Below, piece after piece: positions 44,126 through 52,160 of a stretch of DNA of 52,160 nucleotides. The notes below the pieces were generated by a model. It was not told the DNA's origin, did no database searches, and saw only the letters and a program-made list of their open reading frames with translations. Location: positions 1 through 52,160 of the IMG/VR virus record IMGVR_UViG_3300033153_005795; one strand, given 5' to 3'. This DNA is from a virus (taxonomy: Duplodnaviria; Caudoviricetes). The translations under genes were made by a program, and so were the position numbers. Numbering within the stretch: the first letter of the stretch is position 1; each line of letters opens with the position of its first letter.

Positions 44126-46777
44126 TTAAACCGCATTTCTACTGCTCGACATCGTTACTCCAACCTCTACATTCGTTAATTCAAACGAAACCCCACAGGA
44201 AATCTGCTCAATATATGGTTCTACTTTTATTCCGTCCACCGATATGTAGCCCCAGGAATCTGCGGGGTTTTCGTCTATGTCAACAGTATCTGTTGCGTTT
44301 GTCCCACTTTCTACGGACGAACCCCCGTTCCTGTATGCCCCAACCCGCCAGAAATCGTTGACATTATTTGTAAATCCACTGGTCTTCTGAACTTCTATTC
44401 CGACCGACGTTACCAGCGTTCTACGAAATTCATCCTGCGGGGCATCAGGATCACGAATCGGCCACAACCGAACCCCAACCGGAACAGGACTGATTGCATA
44501 AGTATCCCCTACAGCAATGGAGTTTGGGAAACCAGACACAAAACTAATCGTATGTGCCCCAACATCCACATTGCTTATTTCCCGTGCCAACCCTGCATTA
44601 TCACCTCCGGTCATATACACAAGAGTTCCTACCATATCTGCGTGAAAGGTAGCATTACTATCCACAAGCGTGCTTCCGGCGGAAGTCGCAGTTCCATTCA
44701 GGGTATATGAACTATCCAATCCCCACATCGTACCGCTGCCACTTTCATCCAGATCCGGTGAAACAATCAGCCCCGTTGCAGTTATAAAGTATCCTCTTGT
44801 TTTCTTTCCATCCGATATATCCGGCCCTTGGGTGCAGGCCACAAAGTTTGCCCCTTTCAACATATTTACCACGTGGCTGCTGTGCCAGATTATCAACACC
44901 TCGTTTGCAGAAGGATTGAGAAAGAAAGAAGCATTCAATCCCGCATCGTAGCAGCTCCACACATCATCCAAGTCTGATACCCAGTCATCACTCAACAGCC
45001 TGTCCGCCGTGCTTACCTGGCCCATATTACCATCGCTTGCATTCAGCATTACGAGCGTGCTGCCAACAATCATAAACAGACTGTTGCCTACTGCGTGTGC
45101 TGCTTGCTTCCCCGTCAGCCCTCTTCCACGGTGCAGCTCCTGGTATTGTATAGGTTTGCCACGTGCTGATTTATACGCATACAGCACCGAATTCGTTTTC
45201 AAAACAAACAGCGAATCACCCGCCGGAACCAAGCGAATTGCTCTCCCCTCTTCGTTTGTACCACGGCGTCTATTATATGTCGAAAAGTATTCAGCAGATA
45301 TATGCTCCGCACTACTATGCAGAATATCGTATGGATTACTGGAGCTTTGGGCATCCGCCATAAACGTAAGCCCCTGATACCTGCATATCGTACCGGACTG
45401 TGGAGGGGCTGTAACAATATCCCTTTCCGCATCGTACATCGTTTGGAACGGCAGTGCATCATCGGGTATCTTTCCAAGGCTGACCTGCAGGCTATCCCAC
45501 GCCCCGGATGTAGCCCAATTACCCGTCTCCGAGATTTCCTGCTCCAGGAACAATAGTGCTCCTGTTTGCCCCAATGCTCCTGAACCAATATCGATAGACC
45601 TGAATACCTGCACGGTATCGAACAGTGCATCGAAATCAGCATACGCCTTATCCGCCACTACCGCCGTATTATCAGGAAAATCCAGCACAACTTTGCATTG
45701 CTCCTCTGGATCCTCTGTTGCTTCGCCTCCTCCTGTCAACGTGCTACCACTGACCGAGATGTCATCGGTATTACTTCCTGTCTCCGACTTACTGATACCA
45801 TACGCATTTGCATCAGAACCACGTGCCTTCGCCTCCAGCAACACGGATGCCGTCTGTGCTTTCGCTGTTACATCCGCCTGACTATCTCCGTTAATAGCAT
45901 CAGCGAGAGCTTGTGCGTGTTCCAGTATCGTAGTAAGTCCCGTTATATTGATAGCTACATCACCTGTGATACTCGAATCATTATCCGCTTCATATACCCG
46001 CCCATTGATAGTAATCGTATCTCCATCCACGAACAGCCCACTATCTCCGCCAGCCGAATTGAAATAAACACTTCCAGTTGCCTTGGTCGTTTTCATTATA
46101 TCCATATACACCGTCAGGACGCTGCTCATAGCACTGTATATTCCCCTCTTCGAGTCGTAGAACCTCCACGCTACCTGGAATACACCGTTGCCCCGCAGAT
46201 GGTAATCCGTATCCGTAGATTGCACACCATTATCCTGCAGTGCTCCAAGTTCTGCAGTAAAAGCACCTGGGCCCATATTAACCGCCTGAAGGGCGCTGCC
46301 GTCCCAGTACACAGTTTTTGGGGATTTACCTTCGATACATACGAACAGATAGCCACGATCCGTCTCACAGTCCATCTCTACAGTATTCGTGATTCCAGAT
46401 GTACCGCCTGTCCAGAGTGTTTTTTGTGCCCACGTGCCCCCGTTATCCAGGGTGTAAATCAAATCAACCTGTTCGTTGTCGTTATCGTCGTCGCTATCCC
46501 ACCGCACCACAAAGCCCCGATAGAAGCTCGATGTGCCCCGTTTCTGGAATACTACGTGTTTCACGAACGACGGCCCATCATAGGCATCTATATCTCCTAT
46601 GACCGTGTCGAGGTCGAGTACCTCCTTCATTCCATAGAACTTATGCAGGCAGTTCATAAACCGGCCATCACATCCCCAGACATCTCCCATAGTACCTGCG
46701 GGGCACTGGGTCGATGGAACTGATTTATTCATAATCGGCCCACGAATTGCGTACGATATGTAATCTCTACTTTGCAT
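44126..46777 (-). CDS. Tail nozzle / tubular-B-like protein with inserted domains
   Basis: 883 aa, beta-rich propeller-like repeats, C-terminal FELTNVEV strand; position before the ejection genes. Confidence 0.65.
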   Translation of the reverse strand: MQSRDYISYAIRGPIMNKSVPSTQCPAGTMGDVWGCDGRFMNCLHKFYGMKEVLDLDTVIGDIDAYDGPSFVKHVVFQKRGTSSFYRGFVVRWDSDDDNDNEQVDLIYTLDNGGTWAQKTLWTGGTSGITNTVEMDCETDRGYLFVCIEGKSPKTVYWDGSALQAVNMGPGAFTAELGALQDNGVQSTDTDYHLRGNGVFQVAWRFYDSKRGIYSAMSSVLTVYMDIMKTTKATGSVYFNSAGGDSGLFVDGDTITINGRVYEADNDSSITGDVAINITGLTTILEHAQALADAINGDSQADVTAKAQTASVLLEAKARGSDANAYGISKSETGSNTDDISVSGSTLTGGGEATEDPEEQCKVVLDFPDNTAVVADKAYADFDALFDTVQVFRSIDIGSGALGQTGALLFLEQEISETGNWATSGAWDSLQVSLGKIPDDALPFQTMYDAERDIVTAPPQSGTICRYQGLTFMADAQSSSNPYDILHSSAEHISAEYFSTYNRRRGTNEEGRAIRLVPAGDSLFVLKTNSVLYAYKSARGKPIQYQELHRGRGLTGKQAAHAVGNSLFMIVGSTLVMLNASDGNMGQVSTADRLLSDDWVSDLDDVWSCYDAGLNASFFLNPSANEVLIIWHSSHVVNMLKGANFVACTQGPDISDGKKTRGYFITATGLIVSPDLDESGSGTMWGLDSSYTLNGTATSAGSTLVDSNATFHADMVGTLVYMTGGDNAGLAREISNVDVGAHTISFVSGFPNSIAVGDTYAISPVPVGVRLWPIRDPDAPQDEFRRTLVTSVGIEVQKTSGFTNNVNDFWRVGAYRNGGSSVESGTNATDTVDIDENPADSWGYISVDGIKVEPYIEQISCGVSFELTNVEVGVTMSSSRNAV

Positions 46778-47066
46778 TGTTCACTTTATCCTCCAGAGCT
46801 GCTAACCTATCCTGTATGTCCTGCCATTCGGCTGCTGAAATCGAGACAGGTGGCGGTGGCAGTTGTGCTTTTCTGGCTGCTATTTCATCCGCCGAACGAT
46901 TTACAATCTTTTTTTCTACAATCTTCTGCGTAACATCGTTTGCCCTGCCTACCTTAACTTCTTCGTCCTCGCTGGTTACCTGAAGCTGCAGATCTGACGG
47001 CGGACATACTCCTGTCCTCAATATCTTCCCTGTAACCTTATTATAGAGAATATAAGGTACCGTCAT
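46767..47066 (-). CDS. Tail fibre-associated small protein
   Basis: YILYNKVTGKILRTG N-terminus and a short C-terminal coiled coil; follows the fibre gene. Confidence 0.6.
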   Translation of the reverse strand: MTVPYILYNKVTGKILRTGVCPPSDLQLQVTSEDEEVKVGRANDVTQKIVEKKIVNRSADEIAARKAQLPPPPVSISAAEWQDIQDRLAALEDKVNNAK

Positions 47067-49426
47067 TATTTCTTAATCTCCATTGCCGACAAAAACCTAT
47101 CCTGAACAGCTATACCACTAAAAGCATCCCCCGCTTTTGCTTGTAGATAATAAGTAGTAGCCCCTGATGAAGTCGGTAGAGAAATCATCACTCTGTTTCC
47201 TGTGCCGCTATCTGCAACTGCAATATAACCAGGAAGTTCTGTACTATAAATAACATCTGTCCAACTATTATCTGCCGGGGTAGTCTGCAGTTCCCAATCT
47301 ATACCATTTGCAGAGGTCATAACACGTTGTCCGGTTCCGCTCTCGGCTACTGCTACAAATTTCCCGCCTCCGTACGTTATAGAAGTCCAATTGTAAGCGG
47401 CTGCGGGTGTACGAAGAGTCCAAGTATAACCATTAGGTGAAGTCATAACACAGCCATCCCCTACTGCTACAAACAATCCTGCCCCATAGGCGACATCTCT
47501 CCAGTTATTGTCTGCCGCCGAATCTCCTAAATACCAATCTATACCATTATAAGAATACGCAACACGATGACCAGATTCACCATGACCTACAGCGAGAAAT
47601 TTATTGTAGCCATAGGTTATCCCGTTCCAATAAGAACCTCCTGTATCCCTTAATGTCCACGTAATACCATCTGAAGAAGTTATAACGTCGTCAACAGCAG
47701 TATGTACCTCTCGTATTGCTACAAATTTACCTTTACCATAGGCAATTGCCCGAACATAATTATATCCTATTGAATAGCTTGTCCAGTTAATACCGTCAGT
47801 AGAAACCATCGAACGGTTATCTGATACCGCAACAAATTTGCTGGCTCCATCCCCATATACAACATCAAGCCAGCCATAATTGGGTATGCTCGTACGAATT
47901 GTCCAGGTTTCTCCGTCTGGAGAAGTCATAACACGATTGCCAGATCCAGTATTAGCCACAGCTACAAATAATCCTGCTCCGTAAGCAATTGCCTGCCAAT
48001 CATTATCCGCAGCACTATTCTGAAGTGTCCAGTCAATACCAAATTCACCGCTGTCAATATAATGAAAAGCAAAAAATTGATTAGCCGGTGCATAGTGGCT
48101 ATCTGGATAGTCCCAGATGACATCACTATTTTCTGTCCCATTCCTTGTTAATCTGACATAGTGAGCATAGACAAGAGGAAATAGACCAAAATCCAATTTA
48201 ACAGGACTACCACTCAATGTTATTGTAAGACTTTGTACTGTGGTCCAGAAAAATTCGTAGGTACCAATACTATCCCCTGTATATGCACTGATCAAACTTG
48301 TTGTGGCATTATCAGCGATTTTAGTTGTGCCGACTTCGAGCTCACCTATTGTAGCACTTGTGATTGCTGCATCTGCAATAATCGCCGATGCTGCCGTGAT
48401 GGTTCCCGTAGCCATTTCGTTGGCGGTAATCGTGGCTGCTGCAATCTCGTTGGCTGTAATCGTATTCGCCGCAATCTGGTCAGCAGTAATAGAATGTGTA
48501 TAAATCCTCCCTCCATCTATAAAAGTAAGATCATTGGTATGGCTCCAATCGGAAAGAACCGTTGAGCCAGCAATCAAGATCTTACCTGCTTCCACCAGCG
48601 TTGTTGCGTGTGCATTGATACCATTGGTTATTGTATCAGCATCAGTGGCATCGGCTACGACAATACGACCCGTGGTGCCATCCAGTCCTGCTACAGCTAT
48701 CTTCAGGGCCGTTATAGCATCATCCTCAATATCTCCGGTGGCCGCATTGCGTGGAGTCGCACTCGCACCTGCCGAGAAATCGGACTTGTTAGCCAGATGA
48801 TCAACTGCTTTCACCCAGTAATACTGTACCTGACTACCTGTAAGATTACCATCCACAAACACGTTAGTCATCGCAATAGCAATACGAGTAGCTGTTCCAC
48901 TATCGTTAATTGTATTCCTATAGACCTCGTAATGATCGAGGTCGGTTTCCGTGTTAGCATTCCAGTCCAGCCTGTTATATTGAATTCCCCCTGTTGCTGT
49001 CAGTCCCGTGGGTGCAGCAGGAGTTTCCCCATCATCCAGTAGCCTTCCAGGAACTCCTATACCGCTGGTAATAGTAGTCAAAGATGGTCCTATTCCCGCT
49101 GGCCCAGGAGGTCCCGGTGGCCCAGGAGGCCCAATCAATCCCTCGAAATAATAGTTATAGGTGTTCTGCTGCCCCGCAGATAGCGTGGACATAACCGATG
49201 AAAGAAGCTGGCTTTCCTTGCTCGGAGCCTCGATTGATACCCCGTAGTTCTCTGGCATTATCGTTTGGTAGTTACGTGTAAGACTGCTGTTGCCCCACGG
49301 TATAATCATACCACGGGCGTCGATAGTAGTACTTTTGTCGATTGCAGGCAGAAACTCTCCTTGCAATACAGGGGCCGGAACTCCTATATCTCCATCACTT
49401 CTGGCATCTGTAAATACATCGGCCAT
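47066..49426 (-). CDS. Tail fibre: collagen-like stretch, FN3 domain, ITA..I repeats, beta-propeller
   Basis: GPPGPPGPPGPAG; PAAPTGLTA..LDW..YWVKAVD; ITADQIAANTITANEI; about 6 W..I.YG.G.FVAV..MTS.DG..WT blades. Confidence 0.85.
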   Translation of the reverse strand: MADVFTDARSDGDIGVPAPVLQGEFLPAIDKSTTIDARGMIIPWGNSSLTRNYQTIMPENYGVSIEAPSKESQLLSSVMSTLSAGQQNTYNYYFEGLIGPPGPPGPPGPAGIGPSLTTITSGIGVPGRLLDDGETPAAPTGLTATGGIQYNRLDWNANTETDLDHYEVYRNTINDSGTATRIAIAMTNVFVDGNLTGSQVQYYWVKAVDHLANKSDFSAGASATPRNAATGDIEDDAITALKIAVAGLDGTTGRIVVADATDADTITNGINAHATTLVEAGKILIAGSTVLSDWSHTNDLTFIDGGRIYTHSITADQIAANTITANEIAAATITANEMATGTITAASAIIADAAITSATIGELEVGTTKIADNATTSLISAYTGDSIGTYEFFWTTVQSLTITLSGSPVKLDFGLFPLVYAHYVRLTRNGTENSDVIWDYPDSHYAPANQFFAFHYIDSGEFGIDWTLQNSAADNDWQAIAYGAGLFVAVANTGSGNRVMTSPDGETWTIRTSIPNYGWLDVVYGDGASKFVAVSDNRSMVSTDGINWTSYSIGYNYVRAIAYGKGKFVAIREVHTAVDDVITSSDGITWTLRDTGGSYWNGITYGYNKFLAVGHGESGHRVAYSYNGIDWYLGDSAADNNWRDVAYGAGLFVAVGDGCVMTSPNGYTWTLRTPAAAYNWTSITYGGGKFVAVAESGTGQRVMTSANGIDWELQTTPADNSWTDVIYSTELPGYIAVADSGTGNRVMISLPTSSGATTYYLQAKAGDAFSGIAVQDRFLSAMEIKK

Positions 49427-49431
49427 TTTAT

Positions 49432-50379
49432 CTACCTACCTATCCTTCTGTACCGGCGGTTGTCGTAGTTATCCCCGGCGGTTTTAGGTGCATTTTGCAA
49501 AACCGAATAATATGCGTTTAATCGCAGATTTCGTAATTGATTTCGATATACTTTCAGGATGGAATTAGCTCTTCGTGTGTTCCCCTCGATACTTGCAATA
49601 GTATAGGCAGTATAGAGGGAAACTATAGTATCCAATCCTTTGTTGATTGCAGGGGCTATCTCGTAATATATCGAACCATCGTCGGTTGTAGGAACCGGAT
49701 CCAGTGCAACATCCAGTGTGGCTACACGGGTAGAAACATCGTATGCACTGATAGTCCGTTCCTGGATATAGTTGCCCGTAACGGTCGAGCCATCCACGTC
49801 TATTATTCTAAATATCGAACCCACGTAACCGCTAACGTGTGTATCCAGCGTGCCCGCATTAGGAGATGCCCCAAACGTAACTTCATCACCACCCGAATTT
49901 ATTGTGCAGGTTCCTTCGTGAAGGCGTGCTGTACCGGATGGGATATATTCGACCACAATCTCCGTACCTGTGGGCAGTGAATCGTCGGTCTGTGTATGCA
50001 GCGTATGACCTTCAACCCATACAAATCGCCCGTACGGATTGAAACGGCTCCTGGAATCATAGAAACACTTGGTACCCTGGGAGGTTTCCTGATAAATAGC
50101 ATAGATAGAACCAATCGTGTGAGGCAGTGCATATTGATGCGTACCGCTGGCAATGGTTACGGTTATCCTGCCCACTACAGGCGTTTTAGTATTACGATTT
50201 ATTTCTGCCAAAATCAGTGCATACGAACTCTCCAGCAGATCAATCACAACCGAATCTGTATATTTTGCGTTGATTGACGGTTCATCCACAGCCGTCCGGG
50301 CCAAAGCTATCGCCCGTGTCAGAAAACTATTATCGTAGCTCATATCTCTATTATATCCTCCTGTACCGCCGTACGTCAA
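49432..50379 (-). CDS. Tail adaptor / tubular-A-like protein, paralog 2
   Basis: Highly similar to the C-terminal ~300 aa of 50351..51604; start probably MSYDNSF. Confidence 0.6.
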   Translation of the reverse strand: MTYGGTGGYNRDMSYDNSFLTRAIALARTAVDEPSINAKYTDSVVIDLLESSYALILAEINRNTKTPVVGRITVTIASGTHQYALPHTIGSIYAIYQETSQGTKCFYDSRSRFNPYGRFVWVEGHTLHTQTDDSLPTGTEIVVEYIPSGTARLHEGTCTINSGGDEVTFGASPNAGTLDTHVSGYVGSIFRIIDVDGSTVTGNYIQERTISAYDVSTRVATLDVALDPVPTTDDGSIYYEIAPAINKGLDTIVSLYTAYTIASIEGNTRRANSILKVYRNQLRNLRLNAYYSVLQNAPKTAGDNYDNRRYRRIGR

Positions 50380-51604
50380 AGTTATCGGGACTTACCTGCG
50401 GGGCACTTTGCAATAACGAGTAATAGCCGGATAGCCGCAGATTACGTAGCTGATCACGGTAGATATTCGAGAGGGCCTTCGCTTTTTCTGCGTTTCCTTC
50501 GATACTTACTATTACGTATGCTGCGTAGGTTGCTATCGTTTCGTCCAACCCTTTCCAGATAGAGGGTGCTACCTCATACATAATATGCCCCCCGCTTCCA
50601 GCTGCGGGGACAGGATCCAATGCTACGTCCAGTGTAGCTATACGGGTGGTTCTGTCGTATGCTGTAATGGTTCTTTCCTGGATATAGTCGCCGACCGCTC
50701 CCGTACCTGTAACTTTGAGAATTCGCAATACACAACCTGCGTATGCGTTTTCGTGAGTATCAAGTGTGCCTGCATTCGGAGTAGTTGCAAATGTTACTTC
50801 GTTACCGTCTGAATTGACCGAGCACGTTCCATTGTGGAGGCGTGCAGTTCCCGCTGGTATGTACTCAATGGTCAGTACGAGCCCGGCTGGCAGTACGTTC
50901 ACATTCTGAATATGAAGCGTACTGCCCTCTATCCACACGTACCTTCCCAGCGGGTTGAAGCGGCTGCGTGGGTTATAGATAAGCCGTGCTCCTTCGGATG
51001 TATGCTTATAGATTGCATAGACTGCCCCAATATGATATGGTAGAACATATGTCATATCACTACTCGTAATTGTCAGGTTCGTTCGTCCTACAACAGGTGT
51101 CTTTGTGTTGCGGTTTATCTCGCCGATTATTACAGGATATGCCCTCTCCAGTTCCCCGATTATATCTGCATCCGTATATTTTACATTGATAGCGGGCTCA
51201 TCCGTATTCGACCTGACTGCCGCAATGGCACGTGTCAGGAAACTTTCTGCGTAGTTACTGGCTTGTTGAGCAGCAGGTGCAACATAGCTGCCTTCCCATA
51301 TTACAGTACCATCAGCTATCATACCATCACTATCGGCAGGGTTAGCCCCATTCTGTACGAATGCTACCACGATATACGTCCCCGCCGTCGTAATGTTACC
51401 GTCTGCATCAAAATCCCCTGTATAATGACCGCTGCCGGATCCGACTTCCGTCAGAGCAACATCATAATCGTCGGCATCGTGGCCGCCGGTTCCCCAGTCC
51501 TCAAAAGCCGAACCATCACTCAATGCCGCCTGCCCGCTCGAATTAAACCGCACGGCATACAGCGTTACTCCCGATTTATAATTTACGTGTATTTCGTTTG
51601 CCAT
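50351..51604 (-). CDS. Tail adaptor / tubular-A-like protein, paralog 1 with extra N-terminal beta domain
   Basis: SFLTRAI..DEP.IN.KYTD..EINRNTKTPVVGR shared with the neighbouring gene. Confidence 0.6.
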   Translation of the reverse strand: MANEIHVNYKSGVTLYAVRFNSSGQAALSDGSAFEDWGTGGHDADDYDVALTEVGSGSGHYTGDFDADGNITTAGTYIVVAFVQNGANPADSDGMIADGTVIWEGSYVAPAAQQASNYAESFLTRAIAAVRSNTDEPAINVKYTDADIIGELERAYPVIIGEINRNTKTPVVGRTNLTITSSDMTYVLPYHIGAVYAIYKHTSEGARLIYNPRSRFNPLGRYVWIEGSTLHIQNVNVLPAGLVLTIEYIPAGTARLHNGTCSVNSDGNEVTFATTPNAGTLDTHENAYAGCVLRILKVTGTGAVGDYIQERTITAYDRTTRIATLDVALDPVPAAGSGGHIMYEVAPSIWKGLDETIATYAAYVIVSIEGNAEKAKALSNIYRDQLRNLRLSGYYSLLQSAPQVSPDNFDVRRYRRI

Positions 51605-51611
51605 TGTTCTT

Positions 51612-52160
51612 TTATGGTGGCCCTGCCATTAAGCCAAGATTAACTAAAGCATCTCTTATTGCCTCTACTTCTGCTTTTGTTGGTGGGTCTGATATTGATA
51701 CATACGACTGTTGTGTAACAGGGGTTTTACCAAAAAAGCCAGCTTTTGAACCATCGTGATTAAGGTCGCCCAAACTAACATCATTGCTATTGTTGTCCTG
51801 GAAGTTTATTGTGCTGCCGCCTCTAAAATAGATACCACCGCCAGTGCTAAAGAGCATATTTTTGTTATCGCTCACTGAAGCTACAAAAGTACCGCTACTG
51901 TTTATGGCAAATTCACCATTTATGGCCGACATATCATCATAACCATAAATTCTAAAACCAACCGAGTCTGCAGTCTGCTTTACTTGTAATGTCCCTTTTA
52001 TTTGTGCATCACCATTACTATTTACTGTAAAGACTTCTGTACTATCACTGTCTCTCAATTTTAGTTCTTTAGCTCCGGCATTATCACCCAGATTCATATA
52101 AAGGTGTCCTTTACTGGAAAGGAATACATAACCGGAGCCGCCAGCAACAAGAGTGGTTGA
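51612..52160 (-). CDS. Tailspike, 3' part (continuation of 1..2712)
   Basis: In frame across the join; C-terminal AGFFGKTPVTQQ..IRDALVNLGL cap. Confidence 0.85.
   Translation of the reverse strand, partial: STTLVAGGSGYVFLSSKGHLYMNLGDNAGAKELKLRDSDSTEVFTVNSNGDAQIKGTLQVKQTADSVGFRIYGYDDMSAINGEFAINSSGTFVASVSDNKNMLFSTGGGIYFRGGSTINFQDNNSNDVSLGDLNHDGSKAGFFGKTPVTQQSYVSISDPPTKAEVEAIRDALVNLGLMAGPP
52047..52160. repeat. Terminal direct repeat, right copy
   Basis: Identical to 1-114. Confidence 0.97.

Noticed and set aside
47066-52160. Diversity-generating retroelement acting on tail genes
   Set aside because: No reverse transcriptase and no adenine-specific TR/VR pair seen; the duplications are protein-level paralogy.
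1-52160. Alternative genetic code or tRNA genes
   Set aside because: Core genes are full length in the standard code, and no cloverleaf was recognised by eye (tRNAscan not run).

Overview
The window is a complete, circularly assembled phage genome: bases 1-114 equal 52047-52160, giving a unit length of 52,046 bp. Every credible gene lies on the minus strand. It looks like a podovirus-type tailed phage with no recognisable integrase. It has a packaging and head module (TerL, 680-aa portal, scaffold, 527-aa capsid) and a tail and ejection module (two paralogous adaptors, nozzle, fibre, four or five internal proteins). A ~1048-aa beta-helix tailspike crosses the contig join and is mostly missed by the ORF track. 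The replication module has a UDG-PolA fusion, an AAA_25 helicase, Sak4, SSB, Cas4-like, ERCC4 and RNase H-like nucleases, and an MT-A70 methylase. The main finding is a compact phage-encoded ubiquitin-like conjugation operon (Ubl, E2/zinc-finger fusion, JAB peptidase, E1) at 17088-20500. It sits in a strongly purine-skewed, GATC-free module behind a sigma70-type promoter and is bracketed by a repeated 14-16 bp box. The JAB tail shares a UBA-like motif with the gene after E1. Other signals: GCCCCGCAG occurs at least 29 times on both strands; an inverted array of 8-bp repeats lies at about 21.1 kb; and a one-gene cassette has complementary 5' and 3' UTRs. All calls come from reading motifs by eye; no database search was run.
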